Source: Nitrososphaerota archaeon (GTDB taxonomy: Archaea; Thermoproteota; Nitrososphaeria_A; Caldarchaeales; Wolframiiraptoraceae). From it: a stretch of DNA of 64,000 nucleotides. The position numbers and the translations under genes were made by a program. Positions 36,031 to 47,226 of this stretch are shown here, piece by piece; the stretch's first letter is position 1, and each line of letters starts with the position of its first letter. The notes below the pieces were generated by a model. It was not told the origin of the DNA, did no database searches, and was given only the letters and a program-made list of their open reading frames with translations. The stretch lies in NCBI GenBank assembly GCA_021159365.1, contig JAGGRY010000043.1, forward strand, positions 6,418 through 70,417, given 5' to 3'.

Positions 36031-38241
36031 ATGGACGGCTATCCAAGATATGTCTCGAAGTTCGAAATGGTTCGGAGAGAACGTAGGAAGGAAGTTCAGC
36101 TCAGGGTTGCCGAGGCTCGTCAAAGAGATATTGGGAGGAAGATCGCTAGACTCGACAGTAGGGCGATTAGAGAGCTTGGCCTAAGCCCAGGAGATCTAGT
36201 CGAGATAATTGGAAAGAGATCTACTCTCGCAATAGTATGGCCACCATATAAGGAAGACGACGGAATGGGGTTGATCAGGATAGATGGAGAAGTTCGGAGA
36301 AATGCGGGAGTCTCTGTGGGAGACTATGTTAGGGTTGCGAAGGCGAATGCGAAGCCCGCTACAAAGATCGTTTTAGCCCCATTCGAGTCTCTTCCATTCG
36401 TTGGAGATTTCGCGAGAATAGTTCGCAGTCAGCTCCTAAATCTCCCCGTGATGAAGGGTGACATAATAGTCATCCCAGTCTTGGGAATGGGCGTTGAGCT
36501 TAAAGTTACATCAACGAGTCCAACCAACGCCGTCATAGTCACGGAGAACACGATCGTCGAGGTAAGCACGACGCCTGTGAGAAGGGTTGAGGAAGTAGGC
36601 GGAGTAACCTATGAAGATATTGGAGGACTTCATGAAGAGCTTCAAAGGATTAGAGAGATGGTCGAACTTCCTCTAAAACATCCAGAACTCTTCAGGCATC
36701 TTGGAATAGATCCTCCGAAAGGAGTCATCCTATATGGTCCACCTGGATGCGGTAAGACCTTGATAGCTAAGGCAATAGCGAATGAGACTGGAGCCCACTT
36801 CATCTCGATAAATGGACCTGAGATAATGAGCAAGTTTTATGGTGAGAGCGAGGCAAGGCTTAGAGAGGTATTCCAAGAAGCTGAGCAAAACGCTCCAAGC
36901 ATAATATTCATCGATGAGCTTGATGCGATCGCCCCGAAGCGTGGAGAAGTTACGGGAGAAGTTGAGCGGAGAGTCGTCTCCCAGCTCCTAACCCTAATGG
37001 ATGGATTGAAGACCCGCGGCCAAGTCATAGTCATAGGTGCAACGAATAGAATTGAAGCCGTTGATCCAGCTCTCAGGAGACCTGGAAGATTCGACCGAGA
37101 GATCAGGATAGGTGTTCCTGATAGAAATGGGAGAAAGGAGATATTCCAAATACACACCAGGAGGATGCCCCTCGCGGAGGATGTCGACTTGGATGAATTG
37201 GCGGATATAACTCATGGATTCACCGGAGCCGACATAGCGGCTCTTTGTAGGGAAGCTGCGATGAGCGCGCTTAGAAGATTTTTGCCGAAGATAGATTTGG
37301 AGAGGGAGACTATTCCAGCTGAGATTCTTGAGCAGATAAAGGTTACAAGAGAAGACTTCACGAATGCGTTGAGAATAGTTCAGCCCTCAGCTCTGAGGGA
37401 AGTTATCTTGGAGATACCGAATGTTAGATGGGAAGATATAGGAGACCTTGAACAAGTTAAGCAGGAGTTGAAGGAAGCCGTTGAATGGCCTCTAAAGTAT
37501 CCGGATGTCTTTAAGAGGCTTGGAATAAGGCCTCCGCGGGGAATCCTACTCTATGGCCCACCTGGAACGGGTAAGACTCTACTTGCAAAGGCCGTTGCGA
37601 CTGAGAGCGAGGCGAACTTCATCTCCGTTAAAGGGCCAGAAGTGTTAAGCAAGTGGGTTGGGGAATCTGAGAAGGCGATAAGGGAAATATTTAGAAAAGC
37701 GAGAGAAACCGCTCCATGCATAATCTTCTTCGATGAGCTCGACGCAATCGCCCCTAGAAGAGGGATGCATACTGATGCCGGCGTAACTGATAGAATTGTT
37801 AACCAGATCTTGACGGAGATGGATGGAATTCAGATCCTTAAGGGAGTCGTCGTGATCGGGGCCACGAATAGACCTGACATCTTAGATCCAGCTCTACTTA
37901 GACCTGGAAGATTCGATAGAGTGATCTACGTCCCGCCGCCAGATGTTGAAGGAAGATATCAGATATTCCAAATACACACTAGGGAGATGCCGTTAGACGA
38001 TGATGTCGATTTGAGGAGACTTGCCGAAATGACTGAGGGATATACCGGAGCCGACATAGAGGCGGTATGTAGGGAAGCAGCGTTAACGGCTGCGAGAGAA
38101 GACTTGAATATCAAGAAAGTCTCGATGAGACACTTCGTCGCCGCCTTGGAGAAGGTGAAGCCTAGCATAACTCCTGAGCAGAGACGCGAGTATGAGAAGA
38201 TCTTGACGGACTTCAGGAGATCGATGGCCTACATATCCTAG
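36031..38241 (+). CDS. cdc48: CDC48/VCP-like AAA+ ATPase (paralog 2)
   Basis: [20 protein letters not shown]-domain. Walker [14 protein letters not shown] and [13 protein letters not shown]. The start is either ATG 36031 or ATG 36067; the ORF-track start at 35920 overlaps the upstream gene. Confidence 0.95.
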   Translation: MDGYPRYVSKFEMVRRERRKEVQLRVAEARQRDIGRKIARLDSRAIRELGLSPGDLVEIIGKRSTLAIVWPPYKEDDGMGLIRIDGEVRRNAGVSVGDYVRVAKANAKPATKIVLAPFESLPFVGDFARIVRSQLLNLPVMKGDIIVIPVLGMGVELKVTSTSPTNAVIVTENTIVEVSTTPVRRVEEVGGVTYEDIGGLHEELQRIREMVELPLKHPELFRHLGIDPPKGVILYGPPGCGKTLIAKAIANETGAHFISINGPEIMSKFYGESEARLREVFQEAEQNAPSIIFIDELDAIAPKRGEVTGEVERRVVSQLLTLMDGLKTRGQVIVIGATNRIEAVDPALRRPGRFDREIRIGVPDRNGRKEIFQIHTRRMPLAEDVDLDELADITHGFTGADIAALCREAAMSALRRFLPKIDLERETIPAEILEQIKVTREDFTNALRIVQPSALREVILEIPNVRWEDIGDLEQVKQELKEAVEWPLKYPDVFKRLGIRPPRGILLYGPPGTGKTLLAKAVATESEANFISVKGPEVLSKWVGESEKAIREIFRKARETAPCIIFFDELDAIAPRRGMHTDAGVTDRIVNQILTEMDGIQILKGVVVIGATNRPDILDPALLRPGRFDRVIYVPPPDVEGRYQIFQIHTREMPLDDDVDLRRLAEMTEGYTGADIEAVCREAALTAAREDLNIKKVSMRHFVAALEKVKPSITPEQRREYEKILTDFRRSMAYIS

Positions 38242-39020
38242 CCGGGCTTAACCGGAGATAATCCCGAACCTTCCAACAATTTCACAAATCGTAGGGCATC
38301 ATCTCTCATCGAGATATTGTTGAATAATATGTAGATCTTCTCAGCGCCGTCATCGATGAAATCCTTAACAATCTTCGACAACTTCTCCAGATCATCATCA
38401 GTATACTTGTATCTATAATTCACCTCTCTTCCACCTATCCCATGAAGTCTTAGATAAATTATTGGGCTGCTTGAGACCGGTTTACATCTAAATGGATCAA
38501 CGATGTGGATCAAGTTTAATTCATCACATATCTTCTTCACCTCATCAAGATGTTCCCTCCAATTCCCTCTTGGCTCCCATCCGATAATCACGTCATCCCT
38601 CTTAATTGAGGAGAGAAACATTCGCATATTTCCCACGTTTTCCTCAGAATACTTGAATGATGCAGGGGTCTGAATCACGCAGATCTTCGCTTTCATCGCT
38701 CTACAGATCTCCAAGGTCTTCTCCCAAGCCTCAAGATTCTCCTTCGTCGGCCTCAGAAAACCATAGCGATTATACTTTGATCTAGGAACCTCTATTCCAG
38801 CTCTCCTCCAAGTTGGACTCGTCGGCGGATGGGTTATGGCTTGCCAAGCCTTCATCGTGAACTCGAAGTTTTCAGGAGCTTCCTCAACCCATTTACTCAC
38901 GGTCTTCGCCCTCGGAAGCTTATAGAATGTCTCCTGAACCTCGACTACACTGAACTCCTTGAAATACGCCTTCTTCCCGCCCCTAACGCACCATCCACAG
39001 CATCCAACCCTGATCTCCAT
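38238..39020 (-). CDS. DUF72 (UPF0759) family protein
   Basis: [34 protein letters not shown]... and LRLHG motifs typical of DUF72. Confidence 0.75.
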   Translation of the reverse strand: MEIRVGCCGWCVRGGKKAYFKEFSVVEVQETFYKLPRAKTVSKWVEEAPENFEFTMKAWQAITHPPTSPTWRRAGIEVPRSKYNRYGFLRPTKENLEAWEKTLEICRAMKAKICVIQTPASFKYSEENVGNMRMFLSSIKRDDVIIGWEPRGNWREHLDEVKKICDELNLIHIVDPFRCKPVSSSPIIYLRLHGIGGREVNYRYKYTDDDLEKLSKIVKDFIDDGAEKIYILFNNISMRDDALRFVKLLEGSGLSPVKPG

Positions 39021-39104
39021 CTCAAAGAGTGCATGTGTTCGATGATTTATGAGCTTAGCCTTGAAAATTCTCCGAGAGTATAACAGGGTTCATCTCAGGC
39101 TATA

Positions 39105-40199
39105 TCATTTAATCTTCCATGGAACGAATGGCGTCAGCTTGACTTCAGACATCCTCTTTCTTCCATGAATCTCGATTAGTATTTCTTCGCCTTCTTTCGC
39201 TAAACTTGATTTGATGTAGCCCAAGCCTACTCCGACTCCCAGACTATATGATAGGGTTCCACTCGTTAATTCTCCCACAACCTCATCTCCATGAAATATT
39301 CTATAACCTCTTCTCAGAACTCCTCTCTCCCTCATTAAGACCCCGACTAAAAGTTTCTCGGCGCCGAGCCTCATCCTCTCTTCTATCGCTTCTCTTCCTA
39401 TGAAGTTTGGTTTTGAGAGATCCACCGCGTGCATGAGTCTCGCTTCAACCGGTGTGACGTTCTCATCCATGTCTTGACCATATAGTGGATATCCTGCCTC
39501 TATTCTTAAGCTATCTCTGGTCGCTAATCCACATGGAATTGCCCCGAGATCTATTATCTCTTTCCAGATCTTCTTTAAGAGATCTTCATCCCAGCTCCAG
39601 ATCATCAGCTCATATCCATTCTCACCCGTGTATCCACTTCTAGTTAAGATGGTCTTCAATCCATTAAGCTTAAGCTCGAATCCTGAAAACCATTTCATAT
39701 CCGATACATCGGCCTCAACAAGCTTTGAAATTAGTTGGCTCGACTTCGGGCCTTGAACTGCGAAGAGCGAGGTCTTGAACGTTAAATCCTCTATCTCAAC
39801 ATCCATATTCCTAGAGTTTGATTCAAGCCAATGTATTATCTTGTCGTGGGTTATGGCGTTGGCGACCATGATGAATCCCTCACCTTCCTCGGGATGTCTG
39901 AAAACGGTTACATCGTCCATTATCCCGCCGTCATCCCTGCAGATGAGACAATACTTCATCCTCCCAGGCTTGATCTTCTCAACCTTCTTAGTCAATATTC
40001 TTTGAAGCATTTTCTCCGAATCATTTCCAGTTATCCTTATTCTGGTCATATGGGTTATGTCGAATAATCCCGCCTCGGATCTAACCTTCAGATGCTCATC
40101 CCTATTGCCCGTGAACCAGAGTGGTGAAGACCATCCGGCGAACTCCCCTATCTCCGCTCCTATTTCCCTGTAATAATCGAGTAAGGGTATCTTCCTCAA
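39105..40199 (-). CDS. gcvT: glycine cleavage system T protein (aminomethyltransferase)
   Basis: PLLDYYREIGAEIGEFAGWSSPLWF...GLFDITHMTRIRITG...RSGYTGENGYEL pattern. Start overlaps the gcvPB stop by 4 nt. Confidence 0.9.
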   Translation of the reverse strand: MRKIPLLDYYREIGAEIGEFAGWSSPLWFTGNRDEHLKVRSEAGLFDITHMTRIRITGNDSEKMLQRILTKKVEKIKPGRMKYCLICRDDGGIMDDVTVFRHPEEGEGFIMVANAITHDKIIHWLESNSRNMDVEIEDLTFKTSLFAVQGPKSSQLISKLVEADVSDMKWFSGFELKLNGLKTILTRSGYTGENGYELMIWSWDEDLLKKIWKEIIDLGAIPCGLATRDSLRIEAGYPLYGQDMDENVTPVEARLMHAVDLSKPNFIGREAIEERMRLGAEKLLVGVLMRERGVLRRGYRIFHGDEVVGELTSGTLSYSLGVGVGLGYIKSSLAKEGEEILIEIHGRKRMSEVKLTPFVPWKIK

Positions 40200-41719
40200 C
40201 TCTTCATCCTCCTCCTATAGATTCTCCAGCTTGGAATCATTGTTCTTGGATGAGATGCTCTGACTTCATCTACTCTTCCGATAGCGGTGTTATATGGAGC
40301 GTTCTTAACCTTCTCCGGATCTCTATAAGCTTCATTCAAGACGTTCTTAAGAGCTTCATAGAATCCGTCGATCTCCCTCTTCGACTCGGTCTCGGTGGGC
40401 TCAATCATGAATGCCTCGTCAACTATTAATGGGAAGTAGATGGTTGGAGCGTGATAACCGTAATCGAGTAAGCGCTTCGCGACGTCAACCGCTCTAACTC
40501 CCGTCTCCTTATAGAGTGGTTGAAGACTCACGACAAATTCATGTTTCCTAGGTCTCTTTGGATCGAATGGAACGTTTATGCCTCTGAGCTTCTCAAGCTT
40601 TCTTAGGAGATAGTTTGAGGCTAAGACGCTCGTCTCGGCGACCTTTTTCAATCCATCTCCACCCATCCTCAATAGATAGGCATAGGTCTTGACTAGGACT
40701 GAGAAGTTTCCGTGAAACATCTTTATCCTGCCGACGGACTTCGGCCTATCATAATCAAGATAGTATCTATCATTTTCCTCATCATATTCGACTAGAGGAG
40801 GTGGAAGGAAGTCGACAAGCCTCTTGACAACTCCTATTGGCCCGGATCCAGGTCCTCCGCCTCCATGTGGGGTTGAGAAGGTTTTGTGGAGATTTAGGTG
40901 GATTATGTCGAATCCCATGTCTCCGGGTCTAACCTTTCCAAGTAAGGCATTTAGGTTCGCTCCATCATAATATAGTAGTCCATCTACTCCATGAATTATC
41001 TCAACGATTTTCTCGATATCCTTCTCGAAGATCCCCAACGTATTCGGATTTGTGAGCATGATCCCAGCCACATCCTCATCAACCATCTTCTCAAGTTCAT
41101 CGACGTCAACACATCCATACTCATTGCTCTTAACAACCCTTACCTCGAATCCTGCCATGGTCGCGCTCGCTGGATTAGTTCCATGAGCTGAATCCGGTAT
41201 TATCATTATCCTCCTATCCCTGCCCTTGGATCTATGATATTCTCGTATGATTAGGCATCCGAGGAATTCTCCGTGAGCTCCAGCCGAGGGTTGGAATGAG
41301 AATCTATCCATTCCAGTGAGCCTCTTCAATAATTGCTCTAAATCGTAGAGAAGCTTTAGGCATCCCTGAACAGTTTCTTCGGGCTGAAGTGGATGAACTT
41401 GGAGAACTTTTGAACTTGATGCAATCTCCTCATTCAATATAGGATTGTATTTCATCGTGCAGCTTCCAAGCGGATACATGCCTGTTGTTATCGAATAGTT
41501 CATCTCACTTAGCCTCGTGAAGTGTCTGACAACATCCAATTCGGAGAGTTCGGGTAGATTAAGATCCCTTCTTCTGAGCTCTTCGGGAATCTCGTTTAAA
41601 GCCTCTTCAAGCGACCTCTTTAATTCTGGTTCAAGTCTCGGAAACTCGAATCCATGCGCTCCCGATCTGCTCAGCTCGAATATTAGAGGCTCTTCAAACC
41701 TCGCTTGCCTAAACTTCAT
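40196..41719 (-). CDS. gcvPB: glycine dehydrogenase (decarboxylating) subunit 2
   Basis: GSCTMKYNP, HLNLHKTFSTPHGGGGPG (PLP lysine region). Start overlaps the gcvPA stop by 4 nt. Confidence 0.9.
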   Translation of the reverse strand: MKFRQARFEEPLIFELSRSGAHGFEFPRLEPELKRSLEEALNEIPEELRRRDLNLPELSELDVVRHFTRLSEMNYSITTGMYPLGSCTMKYNPILNEEIASSSKVLQVHPLQPEETVQGCLKLLYDLEQLLKRLTGMDRFSFQPSAGAHGEFLGCLIIREYHRSKGRDRRIMIIPDSAHGTNPASATMAGFEVRVVKSNEYGCVDVDELEKMVDEDVAGIMLTNPNTLGIFEKDIEKIVEIIHGVDGLLYYDGANLNALLGKVRPGDMGFDIIHLNLHKTFSTPHGGGGPGSGPIGVVKRLVDFLPPPLVEYDEENDRYYLDYDRPKSVGRIKMFHGNFSVLVKTYAYLLRMGGDGLKKVAETSVLASNYLLRKLEKLRGINVPFDPKRPRKHEFVVSLQPLYKETGVRAVDVAKRLLDYGYHAPTIYFPLIVDEAFMIEPTETESKREIDGFYEALKNVLNEAYRDPEKVKNAPYNTAIGRVDEVRASHPRTMIPSWRIYRRRMKS

Positions 41720-43092
41720 CTCTCCACAACCTCCTTAACGGTGTTCACGTATTGATCGATGTCCTGCTTCGAGTGGATCTCGGTCACACATGTTAAGATG
41801 CTGTTACCCAATTCTTCGAACTCTCTACTCAGATCTATTCCCCCAACGATTCCTCTTTCGAGAAGTTTTCTCAGCAATTCATTGGATGGATATCCGTCAA
41901 CTCTGTAGGCGAACTCCTTAAAGTGAGGCGCATCAAATAATGGGACGTTCACACCACTTATCTCAGAGAGCTTCTTAATCATGTAATTGGTCCTCGCTAA
42001 GATCTGTCTTCCAAGCTCGATGAAACCATTCTTACCCAAGAGGCTTAGATACGCGGCGACCGTGACCGCGCATAAAGCCTGATTTGTGCAGATATTGCTG
42101 GTCGCCTTCTCTCTCTTGATGTGCTGCTCTCTGGATTGGAGGATCATGCAGTAGGCTCTCTCATCATCTCTGAGAGTTTTAGTCATTCCTATCAATCTTC
42201 CCGGAAGCGAGTGAAGCAGCCTTGGCTCGAGTCTGCATCCGAGAATTCCGAGTAATGGTCCACCGAAGCTCATGGGTAATCCAAGCGGCTGGCCCTCTCC
42301 AACAACTATATCTGCTCCAAGTCTTCCCGGGGCTTCGAGTATTCCCAGAGCCGATGGATCTACTCCCACTATGAATAATGCGCCTGATTCATGGGCCAAT
42401 TCTCCAACCGTTTTAATGTTCTTTGTGATGAACCCCAAATATGATGGATACTCTATGTAGATGGCCGCGACATCTCGATCAAGCTTATTCTGGAGATCCT
42501 CGACATCAACGGATCCATCTTCAAGATGCATATAATCCTCCAACCTCAACCCCATCCCAGACGAATAGGTTGACGCAACCTCTCTTCGCTGAGGTGAGAT
42601 GTGATGAGGATAGAGGATCTTCTTACGCCCAGTCACTCTAGCCGCCATCCTGAAGGCTTCTCCCAAAGCCGTCGCCCAATCATACATCGAGGCATTAACG
42701 ACATCTATCTCAAGAAGTTCTGCTAGGAGGCTTTGATACTCGAAGAGAGCTTGGAGGATTCCTTGAGAGACTTCAGGCTGATATGGAGTATAGGATGTGA
42801 GGAACTCGCTTCTCGAAGCTATCTCTTTAACCGCGGATGGAATATAATGTGGCCAAGCCCCTCCACCTATAAACAGCTTCAGTTCATCCATGCATTTATT
42901 CTTTGAGAGAATCTTTTTGATGATCTCCTTAACCTCGATCTCAGACTTTGAGGGTGGAAAATCGAATCTTTCCAAGAGATACTTCGATGGAATATCGCTG
43001 TAGAGCTCGTCTACGTCTTTGACGCCGATCTCTTTCAGCATTTCCTTAACCTCATCCTCGGTTGGAACGACGTATGGAATCTCCCTCCCCAT
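41716..43092 (-). CDS. gcvPA: glycine dehydrogenase (decarboxylating) subunit 1
   Basis: FIGGGAWPHYIPSAV...SYTPYQPEVSQGILQALFEYQSL... is the P-protein alpha-subunit pattern. Confidence 0.9.
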   Translation of the reverse strand: MGREIPYVVPTEDEVKEMLKEIGVKDVDELYSDIPSKYLLERFDFPPSKSEIEVKEIIKKILSKNKCMDELKLFIGGGAWPHYIPSAVKEIASRSEFLTSYTPYQPEVSQGILQALFEYQSLLAELLEIDVVNASMYDWATALGEAFRMAARVTGRKKILYPHHISPQRREVASTYSSGMGLRLEDYMHLEDGSVDVEDLQNKLDRDVAAIYIEYPSYLGFITKNIKTVGELAHESGALFIVGVDPSALGILEAPGRLGADIVVGEGQPLGLPMSFGGPLLGILGCRLEPRLLHSLPGRLIGMTKTLRDDERAYCMILQSREQHIKREKATSNICTNQALCAVTVAAYLSLLGKNGFIELGRQILARTNYMIKKLSEISGVNVPLFDAPHFKEFAYRVDGYPSNELLRKLLERGIVGGIDLSREFEELGNSILTCVTEIHSKQDIDQYVNTVKEVVER

Positions 43093-43183
43093 AGTTCTCG
43101 CAGTAACTTAGCTTTGAGACCGTATAATCATTTCCAGAGAATTGAAGCAAATAGATAATAAGATCCATGAATAAGCTATTCGC

Positions 43184-43630
43184 ATGTTGAAGGCGATCTG
43201 TCTCATAAGGAAGAAGCCTGAGCTAAGCTTTCAAGACTTTAGAGAGTATCTGCTCAAAACCCATGCCCCAAACTATGGGAAGAAGCTGCCCGGACTCAAG
43301 AGATACGTGGTAAACATCGTTACTGGAGGATATATGCTTGAGGAGAGGCCATGTGATGGAATAGCGGAGCTGGAATTCGCTGATGAAGAATCGTTTCTAA
43401 AGGCGATGGAGAGTCCTGAGGGAAGAGCTGCAGCTGAAGACTTAATGAATGTAGCGGAGAAGGTTGACGTCGTCTTCCTTGAGGAGAAGGTGGTGAAGAA
43501 GCCTAGGCCGAAGCCCGCTAAGAAGAAAGTTGCGAAAAAGGCGAAGAAGGTGAAGCGTAAAAAGGCCGCTAAGAGGAAGGTGAAGGCCAAGAGAAAGGCG
43601 AAGAAGAGAACGCGTAAAAAGAAGAGATGA
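43184..43630 (+). CDS. EthD-domain protein with a ~45-aa lysine-rich C-terminal tail
   Basis: EthD-like N-terminus (LIRKKPELSFQDFREYLLKTHAP...LKRYVVN...DGIAELEF). Tail: KKPRPKPAKKKVAKKAKKVKRKKAAKRKVKAKRKAKKRTRKKKR. Confidence 0.65.
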   Translation: MLKAICLIRKKPELSFQDFREYLLKTHAPNYGKKLPGLKRYVVNIVTGGYMLEERPCDGIAELEFADEESFLKAMESPEGRAAAEDLMNVAEKVDVVFLEEKVVKKPRPKPAKKKVAKKAKKVKRKKAAKRKVKAKRKAKKRTRKKKR

Positions 43631-43802
43631 CGCCGACATCAAAACCCCTTTAAACCTAAATAGTTTTTATTCCTCGGTGGGTTGACACTTCTCTCCAAGG
43701 AATCCTTCCCTTAAATCGGTTAGGCTGAGGTTTCTTAAGAGCTGGTCGGCGACTCCTACTAAAACTTAAAGCAACCTTCACGAGTGATATAGCAGGTGGA
43801 TT

Positions 43803-45257
43803 ATGTCGAGAGTTCCCTTAGAGAAGGTCGATGAATGCATCTGGAGGATACCGAAGCATAGACCTGATATGAGGGTTCCGGTTCTAATCTTCGCTTCCGA
43901 GGAATTACTCGGAAAGATGAAGGAAGACAGAACTCTTTGGCAAGCAGCGAACGTCTCAACCCTACCGGGAATAGTGAAACACGTCGCGGTGTTGCCTGAT
44001 GCTCACGAGGGCTATGGCTTCCCGATTGGAGGCGTGGCGGCGACAGATTACGAAGAGGGCGTTATCACTCCAGGTGGAATTGGATTCGACATAAACTGTG
44101 GGGTTAGGTTGATGGTCACAAATCTTGATGTAAAGGACGTTAAACCCAGATTGAATGAATTGATCGAGACCATCTTCAGAAACGTTCCATGCGGATTGGG
44201 ATCCAGGAGAAAGGATTTCAGAGTCACTAAGAGCGAGTTGGATAGAATATCCGTTGAGGGAGCGAGATATATAATCGAGAAGTTCGGGCTCGGATGGCCT
44301 GAAGATCTAAAGCATATCGAGGAAGAAGGGTGCTTAGAGGGAGCGGATCCAAGCTATGTCAGCGCAACCGCGAAACAGAGGGGATTCCCACAGATAGGAA
44401 CTCTTGGAAGTGGAAACCATTTCCTAGAGGTTCAGAAGGTCGATAAGATATTTGATGAAAGAGCTGCGAAGAGGATGGGAATAACTCATGAAGGACAGGT
44501 CACCGTCATGATTCATACGGGTAGCAGAGGATTCGGCCACCAGATCTGCAGCGATTATCTAAGGGTTATGGAGAGAGCTGCGGCGAAATATGGAATAAAG
44601 CTTCCGGATAGAGAGTTGGCATGCGCTCCTGCGAAGAGCAAGGAAGCTGAGAGCTACTTGAAGGCATTCAGATGCGCTGTTAACTTCGCCTTCGCGAATC
44701 GTCAAGCCATAACGCATTGGGTTAGGCAGAGCTTTGAGCAGGTGTTTAAGAGACCTGCCGAGACCATGGATCTTAGATTGATCTATGACGTCGCCCACAA
44801 TATCGTGAAACTCGAAGAGCATGTGATCGACGGCGTTAAGAGAAAGCTTTGGGTTCATAGAAAGGGCGCCACGCGAAGCTTTCCAGCAGGCCATCCATTG
44901 GTTCCACAGGATTACAGAGATATTGGTCAGCCGGTCATCTTACCTGGATCCATGGGAACGTCGAGCTGGCTTCTGCTTGGAAATGAGAGAGCTATGGAGA
45001 TGACGTTTGGGAGCACTGCTCATGGAGCTGGGAGGATGATGAGTAGAGCTGCGGCCAAGAGGAAGTTCAGGGCGAGTCAGGTGATAGACCAGCTTCATAG
45101 AAAGGGGATAGTGATTAGAAGCGATAGCATGAGAACCGTGGCAGAAGAGGTGGACGCGGCGTATAAGAACGTGGATATAGTCGCGGAGGTCAGCGATAGA
45201 GTTGGAATTGGGACGAAGGTGGCGAGACTCCTGCCCCTAGGAGTTGTTAAGGGTTGA
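43803..45257 (+). CDS. rtcB: RNA-splicing ligase RtcB
   Basis: LPDAHEGYGFPIGGVAA, GFDINCGVR, GSGNHFLEVQ, HTGSRGFGHQ and HGAGR motifs. No intein. Confidence 0.95.
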   Translation: MSRVPLEKVDECIWRIPKHRPDMRVPVLIFASEELLGKMKEDRTLWQAANVSTLPGIVKHVAVLPDAHEGYGFPIGGVAATDYEEGVITPGGIGFDINCGVRLMVTNLDVKDVKPRLNELIETIFRNVPCGLGSRRKDFRVTKSELDRISVEGARYIIEKFGLGWPEDLKHIEEEGCLEGADPSYVSATAKQRGFPQIGTLGSGNHFLEVQKVDKIFDERAAKRMGITHEGQVTVMIHTGSRGFGHQICSDYLRVMERAAAKYGIKLPDRELACAPAKSKEAESYLKAFRCAVNFAFANRQAITHWVRQSFEQVFKRPAETMDLRLIYDVAHNIVKLEEHVIDGVKRKLWVHRKGATRSFPAGHPLVPQDYRDIGQPVILPGSMGTSSWLLLGNERAMEMTFGSTAHGAGRMMSRAAAKRKFRASQVIDQLHRKGIVIRSDSMRTVAEEVDAAYKNVDIVAEVSDRVGIGTKVARLLPLGVVKG

Positions 45258-45264
45258 AGATCTC

Positions 45265-45501
45265 ATGGAAGAGAAGGGCTTCATCCTCTCAACTCTAACA
45301 TTTATGGGAGTAATCCTCATAATCATAGGGATCATTCTGGTTCTCCTTCCGACGATCTTAAAGCTTGGGCTAAGAGTTGAGAAACTTCATCCACTGCTCT
45401 TTATAGGTAAAAGGATTGATGGAATTTATATTGGAACATCTCCGATTATCATCATGATCCTAGCCATAATCTACTTAGCCCTGATCCTACTTAGGAGATA
45501 A
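45265..45501 (+). CDS. small two-TM hypothetical membrane protein
   Basis: MEEKGFILSTLTFMGVILIIIGIILVLLP... and a second helix IIIMILAIIYLALILL. No family recognised. Confidence 0.35.
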   Translation: MEEKGFILSTLTFMGVILIIIGIILVLLPTILKLGLRVEKLHPLLFIGKRIDGIYIGTSPIIIMILAIIYLALILLRR

Positions 45502-46140
45502 AAGCCTCCTACTTCTTGAGAGATAATCCATGACCTCAACGTCACTGACCTGCGCGAAGTTCATGTAAAATTGCCCTATCGCGTAGAATGGGACTGGGGT
45601 CTCCAGGCATCTGACCTCATCAGCCTCAGCTCTAAGCTTCGGCAAGACTTCTGGAGGTGCGACTGGAATCGCGATGATCACCTTCCTTGACTTGAGCTTC
45701 TTCAAGAATCTGACTGTGGCTATCATGGTCGCTCCAGTAGCAACCCCATCGTCAACCACTATGACGATGTAGCCGTCAAGCTTCGGAAGCTCAGCTCCTC
45801 CCCTATACAACTCAATCCTCCTCTTTACTTCTTCAAGTTCCTCCTCAGCAGCAGCCTTTATCCAATCCATGTCTACGCCGACGACTCTAGCTACCTCTTC
45901 TTCAACGTAGATCGTTCCATCCTCTGCGACAGCTCCGACGGCGAGTTCAGGCTGATATGGCGCTCCAATCTTCCTCGGAACCACCACTTCTAGAGGCCAT
46001 CCAAATCTCTCAGCGACATAGTATCCCACGACGACTCCCCCTCTTGGGATTGCGGCGACGAGGCACTTCTCATCTTTTAGATCTGTTAAGACGTCGGCCA
46101 GTCTTTCCCCAGCATCTCTCCTATCCTTAAAAGCCATCAC
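45487..46140 (-). CDS. type I phosphoribosyltransferase family protein
   Basis: PRPP-binding loop YIVIVVDDGVATGATM. RDAGERLA...IPRGGVVVG is the N-terminal pattern of stand-alone PRTases. Confidence 0.7.
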   Translation of the reverse strand: MMAFKDRRDAGERLADVLTDLKDEKCLVAAIPRGGVVVGYYVAERFGWPLEVVVPRKIGAPYQPELAVGAVAEDGTIYVEEEVARVVGVDMDWIKAAAEEELEEVKRRIELYRGGAELPKLDGYIVIVVDDGVATGATMIATVRFLKKLKSRKVIIAIPVAPPEVLPKLRAEADEVRCLETPVPFYAIGQFYMNFAQVSDVEVMDYLSRSRRLLSPK

Positions 46141-46242
46141 ATGAAATTATCGAACTTAGATCGATTTATCAGTTTCTAAGCTTTTGGGAAAACGCACTTG
46201 GCCGATAATCTTAATAGGTGGTCTTTCAAGTGATGAGCTGGA

Positions 46243-46452
46243 ATGGGGTCTCAGCCAAGTCCTGAAGAGAAGATCCTCTATCAATGTGTTTGGTGTGGAA
46301 GGATCTTCGAGAAGAGCATGCTGTCTAGGATTAATGAAACTAGGTGTCCGTTTTGTGGATTTAATGTGATCAAGAAGGCGAAGCCATTAACAGCTAAGCT
46401 AATAGTTACCTCAAAGCTCACCGAAGAGCAGAGGCTCTTAACCGAGACCTAG
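46243..46452 (+). CDS. rpoP: DNA-directed RNA polymerase subunit Rpo12 (RpoP)
   Basis: [10 protein letters not shown]...[16 protein letters not shown] matches the RpoP zinc ribbon (YRC..CG...VRCPYCG..ILYK.RP). The N- and C-terminal extensions make the exact ends uncertain. Confidence 0.65.
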   Translation: MGSQPSPEEKILYQCVWCGRIFEKSMLSRINETRCPFCGFNVIKKAKPLTAKLIVTSKLTEEQRLLTET

Positions 46453-46841
46453 CTCGAAGTCTTTCCGCCTCTAATCTCGGTAATCTTCTTAACGATTTCA
46501 TCCATGAAGTCCTTGGCCGCGCCCGGGTCTATTATCGAGACGCTGCTGGCCGAGACGTTCAGCCCAGCTGCTTCTCCTAAATCTTTCTTCGAGGCCACGA
46601 ATATGTATGGTATCTTACGCTCATCGCATAGGGTTGGGAGAAATGCGACTATTTCAGGTGGATCGACGTCCATCGCTATGACGACGAATCGAGCTTGACC
46701 TCGCTCAATAGATTTTATCACCTCATTGACTCCCTTCCTGATCCTTCCACTCTCCCTAGCCATTCTAACTACTTCTAAGGTAGCTTTCATAAGCTCTTCA
46801 GGGACTTCAAAATTCACATAATACGGCTTCGGATTAGGCAT
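46449..46841 (-). CDS. rpl7ae: 50S ribosomal protein L7Ae (kink-turn binding)
   Basis: [10 protein letters not shown]...[59 protein letters not shown]. Confidence 0.95.
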   Translation of the reverse strand: MPNPKPYYVNFEVPEELMKATLEVVRMARESGRIRKGVNEVIKSIERGQARFVVIAMDVDPPEIVAFLPTLCDERKIPYIFVASKKDLGEAAGLNVSASSVSIIDPGAAKDFMDEIVKKITEIRGGKTSS

Positions 46842-47226
46842 CAGCCCTCATCTCCAGAATTTGAGGAATATGTTAACTTAAAAATGTTATCTTCACGGTT
46901 CAATCGGCTTCTTGATAACCAATGCCATCCTTGGTAGTAACTCTTTGAAGTCTTCCAATATGAAGAATCGTGATAAAAATTTGCGTGAAGTCCTTTCAGC
47001 ATCCCGGAATGATCTACGGATTTCAGGATCGGAAAGCTCTACTGAAAATTGTCTGGCGAAAGACCTTAATTCTTGATAACTTGTCAAATGCTTTCTAATG
47101 GTTGCCGCTCTTCCTCATCATCTCCGAAAACTTCTCGATAGCTTGTTCGGCGTTTATTAAAGGCATCTACTTCGCCGACCGATAGATATCAAATCAATCT
47201 TAAAAAGTTAATCTATTCATGATCGT

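Noticed and set aside
39105-43092. Absence of gcvH from the gcvPA-gcvPB-gcvT operon.
   Set aside because: H-protein is frequently encoded elsewhere in archaeal genomes, so this is not anomalous without whole-genome context.
46842-47226. 385-nt gap between L7Ae and gltX. It holds a TTG-initiated 64-aa minus-strand ORF (46893-47087) and an upstream 23-aa ORF (MPLINAEQAIEKFSEMMRKSGNH) in another frame. This could be a decayed helical (HEPN-like?) gene.
   Set aside because: I found no motif I can assign with confidence. The two pieces need both a stop and a frameshift to be joined. I left it uncalled, though it is worth an HMM search.
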